Below, piece by piece: positions 25,999 to 34,968 of a stretch of DNA of 64,000 bases. Within the stretch, counting starts at the first letter, position 1. Each line of letters opens with the position of its first letter. Both the position numbers and the translations under genes were made by a program. The DNA is from a virus. Its lineage: Duplodnaviria > Caudoviricetes. The notes under the pieces are model-generated. The model had not been told where the DNA came from. It made no database searches and worked only from the letters and a program-made list of their open reading frames with translations. The DNA is taken from positions 4,117-68,116 of IMG/VR virus record IMGVR_UViG_3300005937_000414; one strand, 5' to 3'.

Positions 25999-27579
25999 AT
26001 GAGCAACGGCTTCCCGGCCACAATCGTCGTTCCGCCCGTCAAGGTGCAGGGCAAGGTGCTCACCTCGACAATCTCGGGCATCGAGTGGGCCGACCCGACG
26101 GGCGGCTCGGGTGGCACCGTCTCGCTCGACTACACGTTCCATACCGCGACGACCGTACCGCCTTCCGACGGCTCGCTGCGCCTCGACAACGCGAACCAGC
26201 AGGCCGCCACGAAGATCTACATGTCGAATTTCACGCGTGCGAACAACGACGCGACGAACGTGCTGGCGACGATCTCTGTGGGCCAGGAGATCTACGTCCA
26301 GGACGATACGGACTCGACGCGCTGGTTCAGGTACACGGTCACGGCCGATACGGTTGCGCAGAGCGGGTACTTTGAAATTCCAGTCGCGTTCGAGTCGGCC
26401 GGTGCTGCGCTCTCGAACAACACGAACGCGACGGCGATCCTGATCTCGCCTCCGGTGCCAGGCCCACCGGGGCCACAAGGCCCGGCAGGCCCACCGGGGC
26501 CGCAAGGGCCGCAGGGAGCAACAGGCCCGCAAGGGCCACAAGGCGACACAGGCCCGCAGGGCGCTACGGGGGCACAAGGCCCACCTGGACAGGGTGTGCC
26601 AACAGGAGGCACAGCCGGTCAGTACCTGAGCAAGCTCTCATCGACCGACTATTCCACGCAGTGGTCGAGCATGCACAGCCAGCGGGTGGGCACGCTGGCG
26701 GCGCGGCCCACACCCGGCTCTGTCCCGATTGACTCGCTTTACTTCGCCACCGATGTTGCGCAAACGTACCGCTCCAACGGCACCAATGCCTGGGAAGTCG
26801 CATCCCAAGATGTAATTCCCGGTGGTGCTACCGGACAGGTGTTGACCAAGACAGGCAGCGCCCTCGATCAGATCGCGTGGCAGGCTGCGGCAGGCGGTGC
26901 GGATTTGGTTTACAACGGCGACTTCCCCGCCAACACGCCCTACACCGACGGCGACATTGTAATTAGTGGTGGCATCGCCTACATGTGCGTCACGCCGACC
27001 GCGAACGCGCCGACGCCCTGGCCGGGCGGCGCGTCGCCAGCACCCACACCGCCAACTGTGTCCTACGGCACGTCCCTGCCTGCCTCGCCTGCCGACGGCC
27101 AGGAGGCGATTCTCGTGGACAACGTCAGCAACCCCAGCTACCAGTGGCGGTTCCGCTACAACGCCGGGTCGTCCTCGGCCTACAAGTGGGAGTACGTCGG
27201 GGGCGCGCCCGCCTTCGCGAACAATCCGAGCCAATACACGCTGACCGTCACTGCGACGTGGCAGTACCCGAACGCCTCGCCCGAGTTCGCCGTGCCGCGC
27301 GCTGGCGTCTATCGAATACGGATGTTCTGCAGCGCGGTCACGCAGGCCACTGGCTTCGCATCATTCCACGGGGTTGCAGACGCCTCGGTGGGTACGACGC
27401 CGGTCAGCTACCAGTCGGTCTGGAGTGTCCCGGCCTACAACTACTTCACGCCATCCGATGACTCGGTTGTGACGATCGCGACGGCGGGCCACACGCTCCG
27501 TGTCGTCCACTACATCGAGCAGCAGCCGCTGCTGGTATCGGCCCGCAGGCTGTGGGTCGAGCCGGTGCGCGTCTCATGA
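25999..27579 (+). CDS. collagen-repeat fibre/appendage protein
   Basis: (G-X-Y)n tract [10 protein letters not shown]...; modular [10 protein letters not shown] and YGTSLP...QWRFRYN domains. Confidence 0.8.
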   Translation: MSNGFPATIVVPPVKVQGKVLTSTISGIEWADPTGGSGGTVSLDYTFHTATTVPPSDGSLRLDNANQQAATKIYMSNFTRANNDATNVLATISVGQEIYVQDDTDSTRWFRYTVTADTVAQSGYFEIPVAFESAGAALSNNTNATAILISPPVPGPPGPQGPAGPPGPQGPQGATGPQGPQGDTGPQGATGAQGPPGQGVPTGGTAGQYLSKLSSTDYSTQWSSMHSQRVGTLAARPTPGSVPIDSLYFATDVAQTYRSNGTNAWEVASQDVIPGGATGQVLTKTGSALDQIAWQAAAGGADLVYNGDFPANTPYTDGDIVISGGIAYMCVTPTANAPTPWPGGASPAPTPPTVSYGTSLPASPADGQEAILVDNVSNPSYQWRFRYNAGSSSAYKWEYVGGAPAFANNPSQYTLTVTATWQYPNASPEFAVPRAGVYRIRMFCSAVTQATGFASFHGVADASVGTTPVSYQSVWSVPAYNYFTPSDDSVVTIATAGHTLRVVHYIEQQPLLVSARRLWVEPVRVS

Positions 27580-28277
27580 GCACGCCCAACCCGGCCAGCA
27601 CCGAATGGGTTCCCTTGTGGAACTTGAACGGCGGCATCGACCTGCGCTACCGGGGCGACTGGGCGGCTGGCTCCTACATGGACGGCGACATCGTCGTCTA
27701 CGCCGGGATCGCCTACATGTGCGTGCGGCCGACGTCCGCCGTCCCGGCAGCCTGGTCGCCGCCGCAGACGACGCCCGGCTACGGCACGTCGCTGCCTTCC
27801 AACCCGGTGAACGGGCAGGAGCATGTGCTGGTCGACTCGCTGACCGCGCCGACGTACCAGTGGCGCTTCCGTTACAACGCCAACTCCACTTCGACGTATA
27901 AGTGGGAGTTCGTTGGTGGAACGCTTGTCCACGTCGAGGTGATTGCAGCCATTTCAACGGGCAGCGGGTCGTTTGTTGACGTTGGTGGGCCGAGCTTCGC
28001 GATCCCCCGAGCTGGCGATTACAACTTCGGCATCGGTGGTCAGGTGCAGGGAATCGGAGCACTGTCTCCCAACGGGGCAGGGCTGACTGCCACCGACGAC
28101 TACTCCGTAACGTGGGCGGCAACTGGCACAGGCTTTTCGATGAATATGAATGTTTGGTCTGAGTTTCGACGGAATGGTTTGACCACAGGGACTGTTTCGG
28201 CCTTCCTGCGGTTGATCAGTGGCTCAGCTAGCTCGCAGCGCACTCGCCTTCGCATCCAACCGGTGCGCGTCTCATGA
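27576..28277 (+). CDS. fibre/appendage paralogue 2
   Basis: Shares the YGTSLP-x-P-x-GQE...QWRFRYN...KWE-VGG domain and the PVRVS C-terminus with 25999-27579. Confidence 0.75.
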   Translation: MSTPNPASTEWVPLWNLNGGIDLRYRGDWAAGSYMDGDIVVYAGIAYMCVRPTSAVPAAWSPPQTTPGYGTSLPSNPVNGQEHVLVDSLTAPTYQWRFRYNANSTSTYKWEFVGGTLVHVEVIAAISTGSGSFVDVGGPSFAIPRAGDYNFGIGGQVQGIGALSPNGAGLTATDDYSVTWAATGTGFSMNMNVWSEFRRNGLTTGTVSAFLRLISGSASSQRTRLRIQPVRVS

Positions 28278-28771
28278 GCACGCCGAACCCCGCATCGACC
28301 GATTGGGTGCCGATCTGGTCGCTCGGCGGCGGGCCGTCGATCCCGACGCCGGTCGTGAACGGCCAGTGGCTGAAAGGCTCGGGCGGCGCGGTGATCTGGT
28401 CGCCGATCACACCAGCCGACATTTCCGGCTATCCGAACAATCGCGGGCAAGCACTACGCGGCGATGGGCAGTGGCGCGACACCTGGGAGATGGTGCAGGG
28501 AAATTACGGAAACAACGTCAAGCTGCAGGCGGGCCAGACCGTGATCAATGTTCCCGCCAGTGCGAACACGACCATCGTCGTGAATCTGCCTGCCCCTTGG
28601 CCGACCGGCCATCTTGGTTTTTGGGGGAGCGCATGGCCGCAGGCGGCTTGGAATGGCGTGAACGTGCTCGGAGTCGGCTTGCCCGCCAACTTGAGCCAGG
28701 GGCAGATCCAGATCTCCAACTCGTCGGGCGCACAGAATTTCACGGTCTTCTGGCTGAGCATCGGCTATTAG
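28274..28771 (+). CDS. fibre/appendage paralogue 3
   Basis: N-terminus [15 protein letters not shown] matches paralogue 2; beta-rich C-terminus ending FWLSIGY. Confidence 0.7.
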   Translation: MSTPNPASTDWVPIWSLGGGPSIPTPVVNGQWLKGSGGAVIWSPITPADISGYPNNRGQALRGDGQWRDTWEMVQGNYGNNVKLQAGQTVINVPASANTTIVVNLPAPWPTGHLGFWGSAWPQAAWNGVNVLGVGLPANLSQGQIQISNSSGAQNFTVFWLSIGY

Positions 28772-28780
28772 GGAGGACGC

Positions 28781-28963
28781 ATGCACATACAGGCGACGAT
28801 TACATATGCGCCCGATGACCAACCATCCATGAGTACAACTGAAATCGTGGATGCGCTGTTCGCGGCGATGGGCGCTGATGAGGACAAGGACACTTGCCAG
28901 GTGCAGGTGTCCCAGACAGGTTCGGCCGGGGCGTTGACACCGCCGGTACTGCCCGCGCCATGA
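28781..28963 (+). CDS. small acidic protein
   Basis: 60 aa, SD GGGAGG. Confidence 0.65.
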   Translation: MHIQATITYAPDDQPSMSTTEIVDALFAAMGADEDKDTCQVQVSQTGSAGALTPPVLPAP

Positions 28964-30492
28964 AAATCGTTCAAAGAGTAGGTGAGATGATCTCCGACCT
29001 GAGCCGCTACATTCCGTTTTCATGGAGCACAGGCTCTCTGCGCTCGTACGGCAGCCGAATTTTCACGTATTTCTGGGGCGAGCGCAGGCAGACGCCTTCC
29101 CAGGTCAACTATCAGGTCACGCGCACGCTCTACAGGAACGACGGCGACATCTGCCTCGGCTCCGGCTTCGCCAGGCCGATTGTCGATCTGCAAGTCGGCT
29201 TCATCGGCCTGCCCATCGTCAACACCGAGAACGAGTCCACGAACGACTTTCTCAACGAGTGCATCCAGGAGTTCTGGGTCGAGGAAATTCAGCAGATGCT
29301 CAGGGATTCGCTGCGCGACTCCAAGACGGTCGTCAGGATCCAGCGCCCCGACATTCTCGACCCGCTGATGACGCTGGACGAGGCTGAGCACTGCGCTCTT
29401 GAAATCATCCCGCCCGAGTTGGTGACAATCGAGCGCAACGCCCGTAACAAGCGCGTGATCGAGCGTGCGATCATCCGTCATACGTTCAACATCGTGAAAT
29501 CGCCGGGCAATCCTGCGACCGGCCAGGATCCGACCGTCGAGGAGCACGACATCCTGGAGATCATCACCCGCGAGAATTACAGGTTTTACGACCAGACGGC
29601 CGACGAGTGGATGAACGAGCTTGCCTCGAACAACCGTTGGGGCTTCGTGCCGCTGGAGGAGGTTTACAACGAGTGGGACGCCGGGCTTCAGTCCGGGCAG
29701 AGCGAGTACGAGCCGGTGCTGCCGTTCATGCGGGCTTTTCACGACGTGCTTACGCAAGGGCTTCAGGCACACCGCTATCACTCCACGCCCAAGGTCGTCC
29801 TGAAATTGCAGGACGTGGCTCCGTTCATCAAGAACAACTTCCCCGAGGCGGTAGACCCGACGACGGGCGAGATCAAGCCGCACGCGGAGATCTCCTGGCG
29901 CGGCCGTGAAATTCTTTTCTTGCAAACGGGTGACGACATGACGTTCCTGGAGGCCCGTTCCGTGCTCGGTGACACGAACACGCTGCTGGAGTTCCTGATC
30001 GACTGCATCTGCGTCTCATCGCAGACTCCGGAGTGGGCGTTCATGCGCGTCTCGGGAGGAACGGCCAACTCCGACCGCAATGCGCAGACTGTTCCCTTTT
30101 TGAAAAAGATCGAGAAGAAGCGCAGGGTCTACCAGCGGCCGATCCAGAATCTCCTGAAAATGGCGCTCGTCATGTCCGGCATGATCCCCGTGCGCGCCAA
30201 GCTCTCCTGGGAGATGGTCAGGCCGGACGATCTGGTCGTGCACATGCAGGCTTTTCAGCAGCTTGTGATAGGTCTGGAGGTTGCGCTCCAGTCCGGTGAG
30301 ATCTCGGACGAGACGTACATGCGCATGATCAAGGTCTTTCTCCCGGCGATGAAATCAATCGACCAGGAGAAGAAAGACGCTGAGCGCGACCAGCAGGAGC
30401 GCATCGCCGCTCTGCCGCCCGTCCAGGCGCAGACCGGCCTGCCGCCTCCCGAGATTCGAAACAGGCCGGTTCCCACAGGGGCCAGACAGTGA
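28960..30492 (+). CDS. portal protein
   Basis: 510 aa; position between terminase and head genes; SPP1-like features (VPLEEVYNE...GQSEYEPV, TPEWAF). Confidence 0.8.
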   Translation: MKIVQRVGEMISDLSRYIPFSWSTGSLRSYGSRIFTYFWGERRQTPSQVNYQVTRTLYRNDGDICLGSGFARPIVDLQVGFIGLPIVNTENESTNDFLNECIQEFWVEEIQQMLRDSLRDSKTVVRIQRPDILDPLMTLDEAEHCALEIIPPELVTIERNARNKRVIERAIIRHTFNIVKSPGNPATGQDPTVEEHDILEIITRENYRFYDQTADEWMNELASNNRWGFVPLEEVYNEWDAGLQSGQSEYEPVLPFMRAFHDVLTQGLQAHRYHSTPKVVLKLQDVAPFIKNNFPEAVDPTTGEIKPHAEISWRGREILFLQTGDDMTFLEARSVLGDTNTLLEFLIDCICVSSQTPEWAFMRVSGGTANSDRNAQTVPFLKKIEKKRRVYQRPIQNLLKMALVMSGMIPVRAKLSWEMVRPDDLVVHMQAFQQLVIGLEVALQSGEISDETYMRMIKVFLPAMKSIDQEKKDAERDQQERIAALPPVQAQTGLPPPEIRNRPVPTGARQ

Positions 30493-30614
30493 AAACGAGA
30501 AGCCATGTACCGAGGATCGGCCGCAGGAAGTCGATTCGGCCGAAGAAGAGGAAGGTCGGAGGCACGAACCCGACCAAGTTGGCAGCCGCCAGGATGAGGC
30601 GTAGAAGGAAGTGA
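30489..30614 (+). CDS. protamine-like 41-aa peptide
   Basis: MKTRSHVPRIGRRKSIRPKKRKVGGTNPTKLAAARMRRRRK; 18/41 K+R, no D/E; GTGA overlap with portal; below the ORF track cutoff. Confidence 0.6.
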   Translation: MKTRSHVPRIGRRKSIRPKKRKVGGTNPTKLAAARMRRRRK

Positions 30615-30620
30615 TCTTCA

Positions 30621-30878
30621 GTGGCACGCAAGAAATGGATTTCCGGGGCCGTCAAGAACAAAGGCGCATTGCGCAAGACGGCTGGAGTGAAAAAAGGCCA
30701 GAAGATCCCGCAGAAGAAATTGCAGGCGATGGCCAAGAAGGGCGGCAAGACCGGCCGCCGGGCACGGCTCGCGCTTACGCTGCGCAAGATGAACCGAGGC
30801 CGTTCCAGAAAGTCAAGCCGCACCCGCAGCAGGAGGCGCTCTTCTAGGCGCAGGACGACGAGACGGAGGCGCAGATGA
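30621..30878 (+). CDS. very basic protein with Arg/Ser protamine-like tail
   Basis: KWISGAVKNKGALRK...KIPQKKL...RARLALTLRKM motif (recalled from other phage small proteins) plus RSRRRSSRRRTTRRRRR. Confidence 0.75.
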   Translation: MARKKWISGAVKNKGALRKTAGVKKGQKIPQKKLQAMAKKGGKTGRRARLALTLRKMNRGRSRKSSRTRSRRRSSRRRTTRRRRR

Positions 30879-31015
30879 GGAAATTCACGGATATCTCAGG
30901 CTTGATGTGGCGGGCGCGGGTCAAGGACAAGCGCGGTCGTGTGCTTTTCACGTATCCGTCGTCCTACGCGACTCCCTCCGTGCGCACTCGCTGGGGAAGG
31001 TTTCTGCGAGGGTGA
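30875..31015 (+). CDS. small basic peptide (46 aa)
   Basis: MRKFTDISGLMWRARVKDKRGRVLFTYPSSYATPSVRTRWGRFLRG; ATGA overlap. Confidence 0.5.
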   Translation: MRKFTDISGLMWRARVKDKRGRVLFTYPSSYATPSVRTRWGRFLRG

Positions 31016-31096
31016 GCAAGAAGAAGCGAATTCCCCAGGCATCGAAGAAGGGCAAGTACGAGAAGGGAAAAAAGGCAAGAGCAGCGAGGAGGGGCA

Positions 31097-31213
31097 ATGG
31101 CAGTAGTTTTGAAATTTCCCTACAACCGGAACAAGAAGAGTGGGAAGAGCCTTCAGAAGGCAAATCCGTACACGGTGGTTCACTCGCCGCCGGGCAAGAT
31201 CATCAAGCCGTAG
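31097..31213 (+). CDS. small basic peptide (38 aa)
   Basis: MAVVLKFPYNRNKKSGKSLQKANPYTVVHSPPGKIIKP; SD GAGGAGG. Confidence 0.55.
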   Translation: MAVVLKFPYNRNKKSGKSLQKANPYTVVHSPPGKIIKP

Positions 31214-31227
31214 GAAGGAGGTAGAGA

Positions 31228-31602
31228 ATGGCGACGATCAAGAAAGCGACGAACCCGCAGAGTCCCAAGACTCCGAAGGGCGTCACCGCCAACTCCAAGA
31301 GCGGCTCGTGGCACGACGAGAGCCAACTGACCCGCCAGAACGTGAAAACGCGCGTCTCGGTTCGGCGTCTGTTCGTGCCGTACGTGCAAGGCAGCACGAC
31401 GAGCAACAATTTCAGTCCCGTCGAGTCACAGTTCACGAACAACACCAACCCGCGCTTCGACCCCTCCAAGGCTCCGGGTGCCGTCACGATCCTGGACGGC
31501 ACGCCGCGGCCTCCGCAGGGCAACCCGAACGCGGGCCATCAGAAGGTGATCAAGCAGACGAACCAGATGAAAACTGGCGGGAAGACACTGAAGCGGAGGT
31601 GA
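31228..31602 (+). CDS. basic, probably disordered protein
   Basis: 124 aa, K/T/N/P/S-rich; SD GGAGG. Confidence 0.75.
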   Translation: MATIKKATNPQSPKTPKGVTANSKSGSWHDESQLTRQNVKTRVSVRRLFVPYVQGSTTSNNFSPVESQFTNNTNPRFDPSKAPGAVTILDGTPRPPQGNPNAGHQKVIKQTNQMKTGGKTLKRR

Positions 31603-31636
31603 ACATGGACGACATCATCATCGAGGGCTAAGGAAA

Positions 31637-32089
31637 ATGCTCTCACGAGACGACTGTAAGTATCTGGCCGGTTTGTTCGACGGCGAGGGAAGTGTCCATG
31701 CCGGAATCCACGTTTCAGCTAGCGGCCATTTTTCATTGGGTATGCGGCTGTCGATCACGAATACAAACCCGACGGTGCTGTATTGGCTCCAAAACGAAGT
31801 TGGAGGAAACGTTCATGTCCAAGAAGCAGGCAAGGACGGAAGGAAAATGCACGTATACCGCTGGGTGATCGGTGGAAAGGACAGCGAGAAGTTCGCTCGA
31901 AAGATACTTCCGTACTGTCGAATGAAATCTGGACAGTTGGTGCCCTACATCGAACTGCGTGGGCGGATCTATCCAGGTAGCCAGAAACCTTTGCGGGAGT
32001 CTCCTGCTTCAAGGGCCGAATGGAAAATTCGGCAAAAGCTGGTCGATAAGATCACCAGCGACCCCTACAGAAAAAGAATGGGGGTGTAA
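31637..32089 (+). CDS. single-motif LAGLIDADG endonuclease
   Basis: YLAGLFDGEGSV; LSITNT; ILPYCRMK. Confidence 0.88.
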   Translation: MLSRDDCKYLAGLFDGEGSVHAGIHVSASGHFSLGMRLSITNTNPTVLYWLQNEVGGNVHVQEAGKDGRKMHVYRWVIGGKDSEKFARKILPYCRMKSGQLVPYIELRGRIYPGSQKPLRESPASRAEWKIRQKLVDKITSDPYRKRMGV

Positions 32090-33246
32090 TGAAAAACGAC
32101 GAAGCAATTGTCGAGGTGTTCGAGACGGCCGTCGAGATGACGAGCGACTCGAATGCCGTCGTCCCGATTCCGCCTGAAATCCTCTCCCGTGTCACGAGCG
32201 GAGACGACGACCCGCGCTTCGCCACGTTCGTAATCGAGTCCGGCTGGAGCAGGAGCAGACGCTTCTGGGGGCCGGAGCTTTTCAACGACGTGGCGGGTGA
32301 GATGAACAACGCGGCCCAGGGCGAGCCGATTGTCGGCTACATGGGCCACATTAAGGACGAAGACGACCCGTACGTCTTCCCTGAAATCCAGCTTCAGTGG
32401 CTGGGCGCGAAGCTCACGAAGCTGGGTGACAAGGCCAGGCTGGCCGTCAAGGCGTACGTCCTGCCCCAGACGAAGGGCCGGGACTACCTGCTGCGCGGCC
32501 TGGTGAAAAACGTCTCCTGGCGTGGCAAGGTCAGCCAGGAGCGCTACGAGGACGGTGTGAAAATCAAGAGCTTTCGAATCGAGTCCATCGACCTGGCCAG
32601 GCCGCGCTCTGCCGGGATGAACGCAGGACTCGTCGCGCTCACGAGTGAGATGGAAGGAGGAAATGACTTGAAGCCGGAAGAGATCGCCGCTCTTTCACAG
32701 AACGAGCTTCGGGCGCACAACCCCAACCTCGTGCTGGAGATCGAGACGGCGGTGAAAACACCATTGCAGGAGCAGGTTTCCGAGATGACAGACGAGGCGG
32801 CTGCCGTACAGCCGACGCTCGACCTGATCCCGGAGTTCAGGCGCATCCTCGGCCTGGCCGACGACGTGGACGACGTGACCGTGCTCGCCAAGGCACTGGG
32901 TTCGATCAAGGACGCAGGCAAGACGGTGCGCGACTCGATCCTGGAGTCCGTGCTCGTGAAGAAGTTCAAGGACGAGGGCACACGCTCGCTCGTCAAGCGG
33001 CTGATCGTCAGCGAGATGGACGATCTGCGCAATTTCAAGGCGAGCGGCAACTCCGGCGACGACGAGAAGGCCGTCTCCGAGATGGTCAACACGTTCATCG
33101 ACGGGGACGAGACGATCAAGGCCCAGGTGTCCGAGATGGAAGAGACACCCGCTTCGCCGCCGACGACGGAGCGCTCGCGTGATGGACGGCGCGAGTTGAA
33201 AGTCGGCACGACAACCTCGCGGATTCGCGTCCGCTCGGCAAGGTAG
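32089..33246 (+). CDS. prohead protease/scaffold fusion (probable)
   Basis: N-terminal globular region (GYMGH, WRG, SIDLA) then acidic helical C-terminus; lies between portal and capsid genes. Confidence 0.65.
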   Translation: MKNDEAIVEVFETAVEMTSDSNAVVPIPPEILSRVTSGDDDPRFATFVIESGWSRSRRFWGPELFNDVAGEMNNAAQGEPIVGYMGHIKDEDDPYVFPEIQLQWLGAKLTKLGDKARLAVKAYVLPQTKGRDYLLRGLVKNVSWRGKVSQERYEDGVKIKSFRIESIDLARPRSAGMNAGLVALTSEMEGGNDLKPEEIAALSQNELRAHNPNLVLEIETAVKTPLQEQVSEMTDEAAAVQPTLDLIPEFRRILGLADDVDDVTVLAKALGSIKDAGKTVRDSILESVLVKKFKDEGTRSLVKRLIVSEMDDLRNFKASGNSGDDEKAVSEMVNTFIDGDETIKAQVSEMEETPASPPTTERSRDGRRELKVGTTTSRIRVRSAR

Positions 33247-33252
33247 GTGAAA

Positions 33253-33861
33253 ATGAGCGAAACCGAGGCAACCCCGAAGAAGAAGTCCACCAGCCGGGCC
33301 GAAGCGGGCCTGGTCGAGGAGGGCTTCGAGGCTCAGCCGCAGGACGAGGCAATCGCGGCGGGCGAGCACATCGACTTCGACGCCCTGGAGGAAGCGGACG
33401 GCCTGGTCGAGACGGCTCAGTCCTCGCTGAAAGTCAGCGGCATGAGTCAGGAGGAGCAGAGCATGGACATGACACCCGCCGTCGTCGGCCCTCCGGGCTA
33501 CGGCTCGCCGGATCCGGTCACCGCTGCCGGGCGGCTGCTGCCGCTCGACCAGCATCCGTTCAACCCCAATGCCCTGCCGGACGACCATCCGGCCAGGATC
33601 GATGAAAACTACGGCGTCGGCTATCAGGCCGATCTGTCGGGCGACGAGATCGGCACGCAGTTCCCCGGCGCTCCCGGACGCAGCGATCTGGAGACGGATT
33701 TGCTGGGCACGGGCGAGAGCGAGGCCGAGGCGACCGATTACGGTGCGCAGACGAAGGACGAGCTTCTGGCCGAGGCGCAGACGCGTGGCCTCGATGTCAC
33801 GTCCGCGAACACGAAGGCCGAGATCATCACGGCGCTCCAGGAGGACGACGCCTCCTCCTAG
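33253..33861 (+). CDS. acidic head protein with C-terminal HeH/Rho-N-like motif
   Basis: TKDELLAEAQTRGLDVTSANTKAEIITAL. Confidence 0.7.
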   Translation: MSETEATPKKKSTSRAEAGLVEEGFEAQPQDEAIAAGEHIDFDALEEADGLVETAQSSLKVSGMSQEEQSMDMTPAVVGPPGYGSPDPVTAAGRLLPLDQHPFNPNALPDDHPARIDENYGVGYQADLSGDEIGTQFPGAPGRSDLETDLLGTGESEAEATDYGAQTKDELLAEAQTRGLDVTSANTKAEIITALQEDDASS

Positions 33862-33912
33862 CACGACTGTTTCTGAAAACGCCTCTCTGATGTGCAAGAA
33901 GGGAGTTGGGAG

Positions 33913-34590
33913 ATGGGCCAGTTGATCCGTGATCACGACGCCGCATATCTCGCCGGGCATCTCGACGGCGACGGTTCGATCACCGATAACGGCAGCGGTT
34001 ACGTTCGTGTGCAGTGGATCAGCGCCCATAAGACGACAATAAATGAAATTCGCCGGATGCTCAGGCGAGAGGGTGTTACTGCCTACGTGAAAAATGTCGG
34101 CGGTAGCAAGAACGTGCTCTGGTGCGTCTGTATCTACCGTCAGGATGATTGCAAATTCACACTGGAACGGATTGCTCCGTATCTTGTTGTGAAATCCGAT
34201 CAAGCCTGGACGGTGCTGGGGGCATTTGGGTCACGGCTCAAGCATTACCACACTCCTCTCGGTTGGGACTATCTGGCCGGGTTGCTTGACACGGATGGTC
34301 ATGTGACCCAACAGCAGAGATGGAAAAACGGCGGTCTGACGTATCGGGTCGCGTGGACGCAGAAGTACAAGCGAGGGTTTTCAGAGATCCAGGCGTTTCT
34401 CTCAGAGGCAGGAATTGCGTCGAAGCCAATACTCCTTCACTCGGGAGTGTGGCAACTGAGGGTACTTCGTCAGGGTGAAATTCTGATTCTCCTTGAAGAG
34501 ATGCTTCCGTACCTGATCACGAAGGCAGCTAAGGCAAAGAAAACAATCTCTGATGTGCAAGAAAGGTGGGAAATATGTGTGGACAGTTGA
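33913..34590 (+). CDS. double-motif LAGLIDADG endonuclease
   Basis: YLAGHLDGDGSI and YLAGLLDTDGHV. Confidence 0.9.
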   Translation: MGQLIRDHDAAYLAGHLDGDGSITDNGSGYVRVQWISAHKTTINEIRRMLRREGVTAYVKNVGGSKNVLWCVCIYRQDDCKFTLERIAPYLVVKSDQAWTVLGAFGSRLKHYHTPLGWDYLAGLLDTDGHVTQQQRWKNGGLTYRVAWTQKYKRGFSEIQAFLSEAGIASKPILLHSGVWQLRVLRQGEILILLEEMLPYLITKAAKAKKTISDVQERWEICVDS

Positions 34591-34946
34591 AGCACGACGG
34601 CAGGGCCACACAGGGCGGCGTGACCGCCCCGGCGGCCCAGGCCATTGTCAAGGGCGACCTGTACCGGATCAACGCCTGGAACGGGATCGCTCTGAAAACC
34701 ATCGGGGCGTCGGACACACTGCGCACGATGGACATGGAAATCGCTCCGGATCGGATCTGGTACGTCAAGCTCCCGGCCGCGCTCAGCCCGGCCGTGGGCG
34801 ATCCGCTGTACTGGACGGCGGGTGCCGGGTTCAAGCGGGGCGATACCGATCTGTCCGCAACCGTCGCAGGCTCACCTGCCTGCAAGGTCGAAGAGGTGAA
34901 GGATGCGAACGGCTACGCCGCCGTGCGCGTTCTCAACCTCGCGTAA
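34575..34946 (+). CDS. capsid decoration/cement protein (DUF2190-like)
   Basis: 123 aa, small Gly/Ala-rich beta protein directly before the MCP. Confidence 0.65.
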   Translation: MCGQLKHDGRATQGGVTAPAAQAIVKGDLYRINAWNGIALKTIGASDTLRTMDMEIAPDRIWYVKLPAALSPAVGDPLYWTAGAGFKRGDTDLSATVAGSPACKVEEVKDANGYAAVRVLNLA

Positions 34947-34968
34947 AGGCGAAGGGAGGGTAATTTCA

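Noticed and set aside
26455-26590. Tandem DNA repeat
   Set aside because: Explained by collagen G-X-Y coding; the same applies to 56160-56330.
25999-28771. Diversity-generating retroelement
   Set aside because: No reverse transcriptase; differences between the repeated domains are not adenine-specific.
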